Source: an uncultured Methanolobus sp. (GTDB taxonomy: Archaea; Halobacteriota; Methanosarcinia; Methanosarcinales; Methanosarcinaceae). Taken from it: a DNA stretch of 64,000 nt. A program made the position numbers and the translations under genes. Of the stretch, positions 20,463 through 28,970 are shown piece after piece. The DNA lies in assembly GCA_963675495.1 (NCBI GenBank), contig OY776215.1, positions 1,120,001 through 1,184,000 of the forward strand, written 5' to 3'. Every line of letters begins with the position of its first letter. The first letter of the stretch is position 1. Below the pieces are notes generated by a model. The model did no database searches. It was not told where the DNA came from and saw nothing but the letters and a program-made list of their open reading frames with translations.

Positions 20463-20635
20463 TTAACAATAAATATTATGATGTGATGAAATGGAAGATC
20501 CACTGGAATTTTTGAGAAATATTAAATCCGTATCTATTGCAACTGTTAACAATAAATATTATGATGTGATGAAATGGAAGATCCACTGGAATTTTTGAGA
20601 AATATTAAATCCGTATCTATTGCAACTGTTAACAA
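20463..20635 (+). repeat. Exact 83-bp tandem duplication of the 5' end of the downstream gene
   Basis: Units start at 20463 and 20546; TTAACAA occurs at 20463, 20546 and 20629 (microhomology at the junctions). Confidence 0.92.
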
Positions 20636-21173
20636 CAACGTACCGGAAGTTCGGATAGTTGATGTAATGCTGCATGAGGATGATAAGTTATACTTTTTGA
20701 CGGCAAGGGGAAAACCATACTACAAGCAATTAAAAGCTAATCCCGAAATATCCATTGTCGTCATGGATGAGAATTATATCACTGTAAGAGTTAAGGGGAA
20801 AATAGAGTTTGTTGATAGAAGTTTCCTAGATAAGATGTTTGATGCGAATCCGGTTATGAATCACATATATCCGAGAGATACAAGGGAAATTCTGGAAGCA
20901 TTTTGCCTCCCAAAAGGTGTCGGTGAGGTTTTTGACCTCTCTACAAATACCCCAACGCGTGAAAGATTCGCATTTGGAGGAGAAACTCCGATCGAGCCGG
21001 GATACAGAGTCAATGACAATTGTATTGCCTGTGGCATGTGCAAGGATTCGTGTCCCACCGGAGCTATGACTGAAGGTGATGTTTACAGCATAGATAGTGC
21101 ACTTTGTCTTGAATGTGGCAATTGCTATGAAAAATGTCCTAACGATGCAATCGAAGAACCCCTTGAATTTTAA
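20574..21173 (+). CDS. Pyridoxamine 5'-phosphate oxidase-like (FMN split-barrel) domain fused to 2x[4Fe-4S] ferredoxin
   Basis: IATV...PEVR, LYFLTARGKPYYKQLKANP; CIACGMCKDSCP and CLECGNCYEKCP. Confidence 0.88.
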   Translation: MEDPLEFLRNIKSVSIATVNNNVPEVRIVDVMLHEDDKLYFLTARGKPYYKQLKANPEISIVVMDENYITVRVKGKIEFVDRSFLDKMFDANPVMNHIYPRDTREILEAFCLPKGVGEVFDLSTNTPTRERFAFGGETPIEPGYRVNDNCIACGMCKDSCPTGAMTEGDVYSIDSALCLECGNCYEKCPNDAIEEPLEF

Positions 21174-21200
21174 ATTTCAGACCGGAAAGGAGTGGGGATA

Positions 21201-21584
21201 ATGGAACAAAATTTAGAACAAAACAAGAATAATGCAATTGCATTCTACAAGATGGCTTATGAAGGAAATCCCAGAAAGGCAACTGAACTATACGTAGGCA
21301 AAGAATACATTCAGCACAATCCATTGGTGGATGATGGAACTGAAGCATTCATCGAATATTTTGAAAGGATGCACGCTGACTACCCCGAGAAAAGCATCGA
21401 GTTTGTCAGAGCCGTAGCAGAAGGCAATCTGGTTGCCCTGCACACACATCAAATATGGCCAGATAACGAAGAATATGTTACAATAGACTTTTTCAGATTT
21501 GACGATAATGGGAAAATAGTCGAGCACTGGGACAGCATACAAATGATCCCCGAAGAATCTGCGAATGATAACGACATGTTCTAA
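21201..21584 (+). CDS. SnoaL-like / NTF2-fold protein
   Basis: YIQHNP, AEGNLV..H, DFFRFDDNGKIVEHWD; ATG at 21201. Confidence 0.88.
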   Translation: MEQNLEQNKNNAIAFYKMAYEGNPRKATELYVGKEYIQHNPLVDDGTEAFIEYFERMHADYPEKSIEFVRAVAEGNLVALHTHQIWPDNEEYVTIDFFRFDDNGKIVEHWDSIQMIPEESANDNDMF

Positions 21585-21616
21585 GATACGGGTGGATGTT
21601 GATTGGGTTTTTTTAG

Positions 21617-21833
21617 AAAAGGAAAACTATTGGTTTTAGTGAGTCTGCTTATTTAGTTAAAAGGCAGGTTCTGAGGATGTTAAGCAGACGATATTGAGCA
21701 TATCTTATACTGAGTGGAAGAAAATGGGATTCTCAAAAGGCACATTGCATTATATGAAAAAAATGATGAAGCGGATAAGCCTTTTACTTTAAACTCTCAT
21801 GTTAGAGCAAGATTGGAGATGTGGGAGTGTTGA
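21617..21833 (+). pseudogene. cas1: Relic 3' end of a casposase (casposon Cas1-solo) gene, two frameshifts
   Basis: Manual translation across two single-base frameshifts gives KRKTIGFSESAYLVKRQ/SEDVKQTILSISYTEWKKMGFSKGTLHYMKK/DEADKPFTLNSHVRARLEMWEC*, matching my recall of the C-terminal HTH of Methanosarcinaceae casposases (...ILxISYxxWKKxGFSKGTLHYMKxNAxxDKPFTLNxHV...). Confidence 0.8.
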
Positions 21834-21927
21834 ATTTTTAACAATTATTAGATGCGCATAACTATTTATTTTAACAGAATCTTAATTATTATGAAAAATT
21901 TATGATTCTTTCATCAATATAACATAT

Positions 21928-22971
21928 TTGTATTTAGAGGTAAAATTGAAAAACTTAATCAAACCATGTATCACTAAAAGTGATAAAGATTATAACAATA
22001 ACATAGTAGCTTTATACAATCGATTAAGTTTAGTTGTGATAATATGTGCTACATTAGTTGCATTGTTTTTACTAATAACTGCCATTTCATATAGAGATAT
22101 AATTATTGATTTTTTATCATTTTTTGAACAAGCAGATGTTATAAAAGTATATTTAAAAACTCAGTATGATTCTTTTTCATTAGAAAACATTGCTTCAATA
22201 ACTGCGGGACTTTTTTTGTACTTTTACTTTTTTGAATATATTAAAAAATCGAATATTTATTCATTTTTAGATTCAACAAAAGAAAGCAAATACTTTCAAT
22301 TTTTGTTTTCGCTCTTTGCATTCTTCAATTACACATTAGTCATATTTATTGTACTTTATTTGATTTTTGTAAAAAAGTCATATCTTGAAACTTTTGTTTT
22401 AGTTAGTTTATGGATAATTACAAAGTATATATTTATTGATCTTCTTCTTATCTACAAAAATATATTGTTCAATTATAATTCACTAATACAATTCAACTCA
22501 AAACAAAAATATTATACAAATTTGAAAATAAGAAAAGCATGCCAAGATATTATAAATGATGGTGGAATAAATTTTGAATTAAAAGATTTTATAACAAAAA
22601 ATAAAAATCAAATTTCTGATTACACAATGAAATTTATAATTTCATTCGTTTTCAGTCGCAAAAATCTATTATTGAAATCGGTGCTTTTTATTAGCATATT
22701 TACAGGCATACTAACTATAGTTTTTGAATTTAATATTTTATCTATAATTTATTTACAATTACATTTCATATTGTGGTATTTTGTTTTGAGTGCCACTTTT
22801 GGAGTACCAACTACATTACAAAATATCCACTTAATAAATGGGGAGAATATTTCTAATGTGTATATAGTTGAAAAATCCCCAAGTGGACATACTATAACTT
22901 TAGATTCACAAAACCGTACAAAAAAAGTGATGAACTCTTCTATACTTTTCATCGAAAACAAAACAAACTAG
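21928..22971 (+). CDS. Very AT-rich hypothetical multi-pass membrane protein (casposon cargo candidate)
   Basis: 347-aa open frame with ~6 hydrophobic segments; composition far more AT-rich than neighbouring genes; start uncertain. Confidence 0.6.
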   Translation: MYLEVKLKNLIKPCITKSDKDYNNNIVALYNRLSLVVIICATLVALFLLITAISYRDIIIDFLSFFEQADVIKVYLKTQYDSFSLENIASITAGLFLYFYFFEYIKKSNIYSFLDSTKESKYFQFLFSLFAFFNYTLVIFIVLYLIFVKKSYLETFVLVSLWIITKYIFIDLLLIYKNILFNYNSLIQFNSKQKYYTNLKIRKACQDIINDGGINFELKDFITKNKNQISDYTMKFIISFVFSRKNLLLKSVLFISIFTGILTIVFEFNILSIIYLQLHFILWYFVLSATFGVPTTLQNIHLINGENISNVYIVEKSPSGHTITLDSQNRTKKVMNSSILFIENKTN

Positions 22972-23076
22972 TTGTTCATTGTGTCTACAAACACATACCC
23001 TTCTCGGAAGTATAAAAAGTATTCTTGAAAATATAGCGTACACTTTTTTCGCCTTGTATATATCCCAAAATACTAA

Positions 23077-23142
23077 TGCGACAGGTTTAATTCGAGCACT
23101 ATAGACCTTAGGAAAACAAACATAACACCCCTATAACCTAGC
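23077..23142 (-). pseudogene. Decayed third copy of tRNA-Leu
   Basis: TGCGACAGGTTTAATTCGAGCAC matches tRNA TGCGGGAGGTGTGATTCGAACAC at 18/23 nt; CCCTATAACCTAGC resembles the anticodon arm CCCTCAACCTAGC; same 158-bp spacing as the two intact copies. Confidence 0.6.
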
Positions 23143-23231
23143 TGAGTAAAAACCTCATAAAAAATATAACAAAAATACCAGCACAAACCGAAAAAGTAGC
23201 CACTGATCAAACAATTAACATAAAAAGAGTT

Positions 23232-23319
23232 TGGTGCGGGAGGTGTGATTCGAACACACGAACTCCTACGAGACTAGGCCCTCAACCTAGCGCCTTTGGC
23301 CTGGCTGGGCAACCCCCGC
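23232..23319 (-). tRNA. tRNA-Leu(GAG), copy 2
   Basis: Reverse complement GCGGGGGTTGCCCAGCCAGGCCAAAGGCGCTAGGTTGAGGGCCTAG...GTGTGTTCGAATCACACCTCCCGCACCA; anticodon GAG, long variable arm, encoded CCA. Confidence 0.95.
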
Positions 23320-23389
23320 ATAAGATTTGCTGATGGAATTGTCGATTTAAATGGAAGAACATTCACTGAAGATATACTGTTAAAGAGTT

Positions 23390-23477
23390 TGGTGCGGGAG
23401 GTGTGATTCGAACACACGAACTCCTACGAGACTAGGCCCTCAACCTAGCGCCTTTGGCCTGGCTGGGCAACCCCCGC
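23390..23477 (-). tRNA. tRNA-Leu(GAG), copy 1 (directly after rpoD)
   Basis: Identical to 23232-23319. Confidence 0.95.
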
Positions 23478-23528
23478 ATCATGAAGGACATACTATAAAG
23501 ATAAGGAGAGAAAATCTCCTAAACCAAT

Positions 23529-24323
23529 TCAGAGAGACTCTAAAATCTGCCCCAACTGGCTGGCTTTCTTTTTAATAGTTGTTCCTGCATTTATAATTAA
23601 CTGTTGAACTGTGTATGAACCATCAGATTCCATAGTGAAAATGAAAGATCTTTCATCTTCGGACACAGTAATGGCATCAATTTCACAAGCTAATTCACAT
23701 TGTTTACAGAGTATGCATTTCAGATTATCGTCGCCAGTTATTTCTGCACCGTTTGGACCAAGATGAATAATGTCTTTTGGACATTCACTCACACATGCGC
23801 CACATTCGTCACAGTTCTCGAACTTAACGACTGGCATATTCTTGTAGCCACATGCCACACCAGCCTGCCATTTTGCATGATCGTAGCCATAGCCCATATG
23901 GGCGATCGCTTCAAGCACCACTTTCTGACCTTCCTTCAGATCAATGATAGGAATGTTTTGATCAGCAGCCTGAACTGTTTCATCAGATGACACAAGGTCA
24001 CCTGAATATACCATTTTCGGACCTTCTGCACTGAGAGTCAGAGATACCTTGCATGCAGGGCATTCTGAACCGCAGGTACACTCTTCAACAGGTACGAACT
24101 CCCCAATGTCTGTTGTCAAAGGAATAAGGCCAAGCCTTAAAGCTAATTGTTCGTCAAAGAGGACTGAAGTATTGTTGTAAATGTTTACATCATCTATAGC
24201 AAGAGTTGGTACATCAGAGAGCGATGCTCTCCTTATACCGTTAGCAAGAGCTGCACTTGCATCAGACAATATAAACTTTGCAGACCTCTCAGACAGCTCA
24301 AGTATGTCTACTTCCATTGTCAT
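23529..24323 (-). CDS. rpoD: DNA-directed RNA polymerase subunit D (Rpo3) with ferredoxin-like 2x[4Fe-4S] insert
   Basis: ANGIRR...VPTLAID, RLGLIPL, HAKWQ; CDECGACVSECP and CILCKQCELAC. Confidence 0.95.
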   Translation of the reverse strand: MTMEVDILELSERSAKFILSDASAALANGIRRASLSDVPTLAIDDVNIYNNTSVLFDEQLALRLGLIPLTTDIGEFVPVEECTCGSECPACKVSLTLSAEGPKMVYSGDLVSSDETVQAADQNIPIIDLKEGQKVVLEAIAHMGYGYDHAKWQAGVACGYKNMPVVKFENCDECGACVSECPKDIIHLGPNGAEITGDDNLKCILCKQCELACEIDAITVSEDERSFIFTMESDGSYTVQQLIINAGTTIKKKASQLGQILESL

Positions 24324-24345
24324 GAGTTCATATCCATTTATTGTT

Positions 24346-24732
<387 letters not shown>

Positions 24733-25293
24733 TTACTCCTCCTTTCCTACAACTGCTGAAGCAATCTGTGCTGGCCTTTCAGGATGTGATTCGCCAGTAA
24801 GTGGTGAATTGCCATAGTAGTCGATATTCATCTCTTCAGTATGAGAGATAAGCATGCCAGGAATCGTTACCTTCTGACCACCTATTGCAATGTGACCGTG
24901 TGTAATGAACTGCCTTGCCTGTCTAGGAGTTCTTGCAAGACCAAGCCTGTATACCTGAGTCTGCAACCTGCGCTCCAGAATCGTTTCAGTTTCAAGTGCA
25001 AGAATATCATCAATATTTGCATCAGCTGAAAGGATTGAATATCTCCTGAGTCTTGCGAGGATCTGGTCTGATTCAGTCTTAAGATGACCTGCAAGTTCTG
25101 TTTCCGCAGATTCTGCGAGAATTCTACGAGCATCTCCTCTGTATCTTCTAAGAATACTGACTGCCTTCCAAAGTTCCTTCTTGTTACGGAGACCGTATTT
25201 TTTAAGGAGTTCTACTTCAGTAGCCATCCTGGCTGCCTGCCAAGGATGTTGTGGAGTATCGTAACTCTTTCTTTTTTTACCTGGATATCCCAT
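24733..25293 (-). CDS. rps4: 30S ribosomal protein S4 (uS4)
   Basis: [27 protein letters not shown]. Confidence 0.97.
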   Translation of the reverse strand: MGYPGKKRKSYDTPQHPWQAARMATEVELLKKYGLRNKKELWKAVSILRRYRGDARRILAESAETELAGHLKTESDQILARLRRYSILSADANIDDILALETETILERRLQTQVYRLGLARTPRQARQFITHGHIAIGGQKVTIPGMLISHTEEMNIDYYGNSPLTGESHPERPAQIASAVVGKEE

Positions 25294-25306
25294 GAGATCA
25301 CCTTAT

Positions 25307-25753
25307 TTACTTCTTCTTGCTTACGCCAATGGTTGAGCCACGTCTTCCTGTGGACTTTGTTCTCTGACCTCTGACCTTAAGACCTCTTTCGTGCCTCAGA
25401 CCACGGTATGCTCTGACCTTCTTCAAGTTGTTTATGTCTTCTCTAAAGGTCATCATTATGTCCTGGCCCAAATGGTGTTTGTTTTCACCAGAAAGTGGGT
25501 CTGCACATCTGTTAAGCATCCAGGTTGGGATGTTCTTTTCGAAATCAGCGATAGCTGCATCGAGCTTTGCAACGTCTTCATCAGGAAGATAACCGATAAT
25601 TCCTTTCGGATTAACTCCTGTGCTTTCGACTATAATCTTTGAGGTTCTAAGCCCAATACCGCGAATACCTGTCAGCGCATACATTACAGGCTGACTACCC
25701 TGAAGGTCAGTATTCATGATACGGACTAAATGTCTTATTTCTTCATCTGCCAT
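25307..25753 (-). CDS. rps13: 30S ribosomal protein S13 (uS13); start corrected to MADEE
   Basis: [27 protein letters not shown]; AAGGAGG RBS before ATG at 25753. Confidence 0.97.
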   Translation of the reverse strand: MADEEIRHLVRIMNTDLQGSQPVMYALTGIRGIGLRTSKIIVESTGVNPKGIIGYLPDEDVAKLDAAIADFEKNIPTWMLNRCADPLSGENKHHLGQDIMMTFREDINNLKKVRAYRGLRHERGLKVRGQRTKSTGRRGSTIGVSKKK

Positions 25754-25767
25754 TATTTTTTCCTCCT

Positions 25768-25830
25768 TAGGGACGCAAAGCGTCCTGTAGCCTCGAAACA
25801 AAGTTTCGACACACCCTGTAAAGGGCTAGG
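25768..25830 (-). promoter_or_regulatory. Structured 5' leader of the rps13 operon (candidate r-leader)
   Basis: Hairpins CCT-TTAC-AGG, TCGAAAC-TTT-GTTTCGA (both enclosed by TAGC/GCTA) and GGACGC-TTT-GCGTCC just before the RBS. Confidence 0.5.
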
Positions 25831-26103
25831 CAATTCTAAAGATTAATAGAATAATTTACCAGCATATACTATTTTTTTATTTGCACAATCCATGCAACAG
25901 AAAATAGCAATACAAGTGAACTCATCCTATAGACTAATTACATAAATACTTTCCTGTGAATTGAATTCAAAGACCATACATCAAAATCCCGCATCATGCC
26001 CTGAGATCAATGCAAATGCCTTTTTCGAGTAATTGTTTATAAAAAGACAAAACCACCATTCATGGTCAAAGCCTTCGTACTTTTACCTCTGTATAAATAG
26101 CAA

Positions 26104-26385
26104 TTATTTGAAAATCTCGCCAAGTCCCTTTTCCAGATCTTTGAGCATTTCTTTTTCCACATAATCAGCTATTTTTTTAGTTGTCGCTTTAGATGGATGC
26201 ACCTGATCCAAACTAGCGCCACAAAGAGGACATATTATGCATTCACCAAGCACCAGACCCTCATCAACGATATTGGAAAATACCACATTGATTTCGCTCT
26301 CACACTCGGGACATGTCACTAACGCGCTTCCATCGTCCTTTACATCCATATTTGATTTCAGATTGAATACTTTTTGATCATCCAT
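26104..26385 (-). CDS. Small zinc-ribbon hypothetical protein
   Basis: CPEC...CPLC pair; probable start MDDQK after AGGTGA RBS. Confidence 0.6.
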   Translation of the reverse strand: MDDQKVFNLKSNMDVKDDGSALVTCPECESEINVVFSNIVDEGLVLGECIICPLCGASLDQVHPSKATTKKIADYVEKEMLKDLEKGLGEIFK

Positions 26386-26685
26386 CGTATCACCTTGTTC
26401 ACACACCCAGAAAAGAGTTTCTCAGGCTATTCCATCCATATTGTTGTGACTCAATTGATATAGCTACTTGAAAAAATCTTTGCAAATTTAGTCCATTGCA
26501 AAACATAAATTGAATAAAAATAATTACACCTTTTCTTTTTAGAATGACGTGTATCGCAAAGTCATTGCCAAGCATTAGTGAGCTTTGGCTGCAATTGTAC
26601 AAGACCCATAAATCGCACCTCGATCAATCCACACATATTTGGAATGAAACTTAGATCATAGTAATTAAAAATCAAAAAAGAATTA

Positions 26686-26771
26686 TGGCGCCGAGAGGGG
26701 GATTCGAACTCCCGAGGGGCTATGCCCCACAAGCTTTCCAGGCTTGCGCCCTACCGCTAGACTATCTCGGC
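26686..26771 (-). tRNA. tRNA-Ser(GGA)
   Basis: Reverse complement GCCGAGATAGTCTAGCGGTAGGGCGCAAGCCTGGAAAGCTTG...GGGAGTTCGAATCCCCCTCTCGGCGCCA; anticodon GGA, long variable arm. Confidence 0.95.
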
Positions 26772-26779
26772 ACATGTGG

Positions 26780-27793
26780 TTATTTTGGCTTGCTGTGCCA
26801 ACCTTGCGGATAAGAGCCAGCATCCATTATTACTCTTTCGGTCGTAGCCACGATTCCATGCTCATTTTCAAGCATTTCCCCAGTATCCATAAGTGCAGTA
26901 CATAATGCCACCGCCTCCCCTTTTAAAGTGAAAAGACAAATATCATCACCTTTGTTGATATTTTTGTCAAGGCTTGATATACCAGGTGCTGCAATTGCCG
27001 CACCTCGACATACTGCGTCCACTGCACTATCGCGAATGATAACTTTAGGAAGATGCGCTAAACCTTCCTCCATAGGTCTGATAACCTGCCGTAAGAATGA
27101 TTCATCACCATCTTCCTGCAAGAAAACATAAGCATCTTTCAATTCATGGAGGGTTACCAACGTATCCTCCCTGAAAGGACCAGTCTTTGTCCTGCGAAGT
27201 TCCTGCATATGAGCACCACAGCCCAATGCAACACCAATGTCATGACATAACTTACGCATATAAGTACCAGCCTCACAGCCAACCCTCATGAGTACTGATT
27301 TCTCTCTTACATCAAGAACCTCAAGATAGTAGATCTTCCTCACACGGACCGCACGCTTAACAGCAGAGATGATTGGTGGCATCTGAAATATAGGTCCTGT
27401 AAATTGTTTACAAACTCTAAGGACCTTCCTCTCAGGGACATCTTCATGTAAAGTCATCAGGCAGATGTACTCCTTACCCGATAAACGAAGAGCAGCAACT
27501 GTCTTAGTAGCTTTGCCGAGCATAATCGGAAGTACACCGGTCACAATAGGATCAAGTGAACCGGAATGTCCGGCTTTTTTTAGCTCAAGGATATCCTTGA
27601 CCCAGGCTGTAACTTCATGACTTGTAGGACCTACTGGCTTGTCAAGATTGACAACACCCATCTCAATGTGCTGCCTGATAGGTCGGTCGTAAGGAGAACA
27701 GCCATAGAAAGGACTGGTTTTCGCTTCTGCCTTAAGCACTAATTCACGTTTATATTCCGAAGGTAAGATACCAGAATTCATATAACCCGCCAA
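26780..27793 (-). CDS. cbf5: H/ACA pseudouridine synthase Cbf5 (TruB family); start possibly 27781
   Basis: LDKPVGPTSHEV, GHSGSLDP, CEAGTYMRKLC, C-terminal PUA domain. Confidence 0.95.
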   Translation of the reverse strand: MAGYMNSGILPSEYKRELVLKAEAKTSPFYGCSPYDRPIRQHIEMGVVNLDKPVGPTSHEVTAWVKDILELKKAGHSGSLDPIVTGVLPIMLGKATKTVAALRLSGKEYICLMTLHEDVPERKVLRVCKQFTGPIFQMPPIISAVKRAVRVRKIYYLEVLDVREKSVLMRVGCEAGTYMRKLCHDIGVALGCGAHMQELRRTKTGPFREDTLVTLHELKDAYVFLQEDGDESFLRQVIRPMEEGLAHLPKVIIRDSAVDAVCRGAAIAAPGISSLDKNINKGDDICLFTLKGEAVALCTALMDTGEMLENEHGIVATTERVIMDAGSYPQGWHSKPK

Positions 27794-27796
27794 ATA

Positions 27797-28324
27797 TCAG
27801 AAATAAGAATTATTGTCGATCGCACAAGAAATAATATCGGTTATCTGAAATTGATCCCACTTCTCAGAATCAATCACTATATCATAAACCGAAAGATCGT
27901 TAATATCAATATCATAGATTGCTTTATACCGGATAGACTCTGACGCCTCACGTTCAATTGTTTCGCTGAGCTTGTCTTCAAAAGAACCATTTTCCCTTGC
28001 GACAATCCTCCCTACACGAACATCAACTGACGCCTTTATCCAGATCTTCATGGCCTTTTCAGCCATGTGACCTGCAAGTCTTCCTTCAAGAATAATATTA
28101 TCACGAGTATTAGCGATTTCCTTCTGACGTTCATCGATCTTAAGATCAATACTATCATCGGATTCAGCCAGCTCGCCAAACTCTGCCAGAGTCATATCGT
28201 ACTCTTTTGCAAGAGATCGAAAAACCTCCCCTGCAGAGATCATCTCAATATCATATTTTACAGAAAGTAACCGGGATACAGTGGTAGTACCACTTCCCGG
28301 AAGACCACTAATAGTCAGTAACAC
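27797..28324 (-). CDS. cmk: Archaeal cytidylate kinase; start GTG at 28324
   Basis: TISGLPGSGTTT, SAGEVFR, EGRLAG. Confidence 0.93.
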   Translation of the reverse strand: MLLTISGLPGSGTTTVSRLLSVKYDIEMISAGEVFRSLAKEYDMTLAEFGELAESDDSIDLKIDERQKEIANTRDNIILEGRLAGHMAEKAMKIWIKASVDVRVGRIVARENGSFEDKLSETIEREASESIRYKAIYDIDINDLSVYDIVIDSEKWDQFQITDIISCAIDNNSYF

Positions 28325-28325
28325 T

Positions 28326-28946
28326 TTATACTCCACCAACATCCAGAGCCTTTCTGATCAACTGACTTACAGCCAGCGAGGCAATGAAGTACCAGAATAT
28401 CCAGTACTGGAAAGGACCCAATATCGTATCAGTCAATATTTGTTGTCCCCAGAAAGGAAATACAAAAGATGCGGCATCATGACTGCTGATGTAATAATAA
28501 GCCCACATGAACAATGGCAGGGATATTATACTGATGTATGCCATTGGCTTGAACTGTTGCTTTGACATCTCCATTTGATCCTGCATCATCTTTGAGCGCT
28601 CTTCTTCCATCTTCTTCATAAGAGCAGTGTTGTTGGAAAGCTGGGCTTCCCTAAACTCTTTCTGGAATACCTTCATCTTTTCCTGAGTATTACGCATCAA
28701 ATCCCAGTCAATTGTATATTTCTGAATGAGTGATGCATAAAGCGCAGTAATAGATGCCATAATGAATAAGACAATATGGAAATTACTTGCTCCCAGAAGT
28801 GTCACTACCGGATCCATGACAATACTTACAGATTTTCCAAGAGAATCTCTGAAATCCTGTCCAAGTATCATAATCCCCAGCATCAGGGAGATACCAAATG
28901 CCAGCAAAAATTTATCCAGCTGTTTCTTGAATGTTTCTGTAACCAA
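28326..28946 (-). CDS. DUF106 / EMC3-TMCO1 (Oxa1 superfamily) membrane protein
   Basis: TM, coiled coil, QFKPM motif, W.FWYF; conserved position after adk. Confidence 0.88.
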   Translation of the reverse strand: MVTETFKKQLDKFLLAFGISLMLGIMILGQDFRDSLGKSVSIVMDPVVTLLGASNFHIVLFIMASITALYASLIQKYTIDWDLMRNTQEKMKVFQKEFREAQLSNNTALMKKMEEERSKMMQDQMEMSKQQFKPMAYISIISLPLFMWAYYYISSHDAASFVFPFWGQQILTDTILGPFQYWIFWYFIASLAVSQLIRKALDVGGV

Positions 28947-28970
28947 GGGATAGCCTCTTTTGACTTGGGT

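Larger units (their letters stand above)
21617..23080 (+). mobile_element. Right-end remnant of a casposon (casposase relic, cargo gene, TIR-like end, TSD-like sequence)
   Basis: Casposase fragment followed by cargo, then ...TTTTTTCGCCTTGTATATATCCC (reverse complement begins GGGATATATAC) and AAAATACTAATGCG, which overlaps a tRNA-Leu-like 3' end. No matching left end found. Confidence 0.6.

Noticed and set aside
20463-23477. CRISPR array near the cas1-like relic
   Set aside because: No short repeats with unique spacers; the repeats here are an 83-bp gene-start duplication and tRNA copies.
23529-24323. Ferredoxin-like insert in RpoD
   Set aside because: Already described for Methanosarcina RNA polymerase subunit D.
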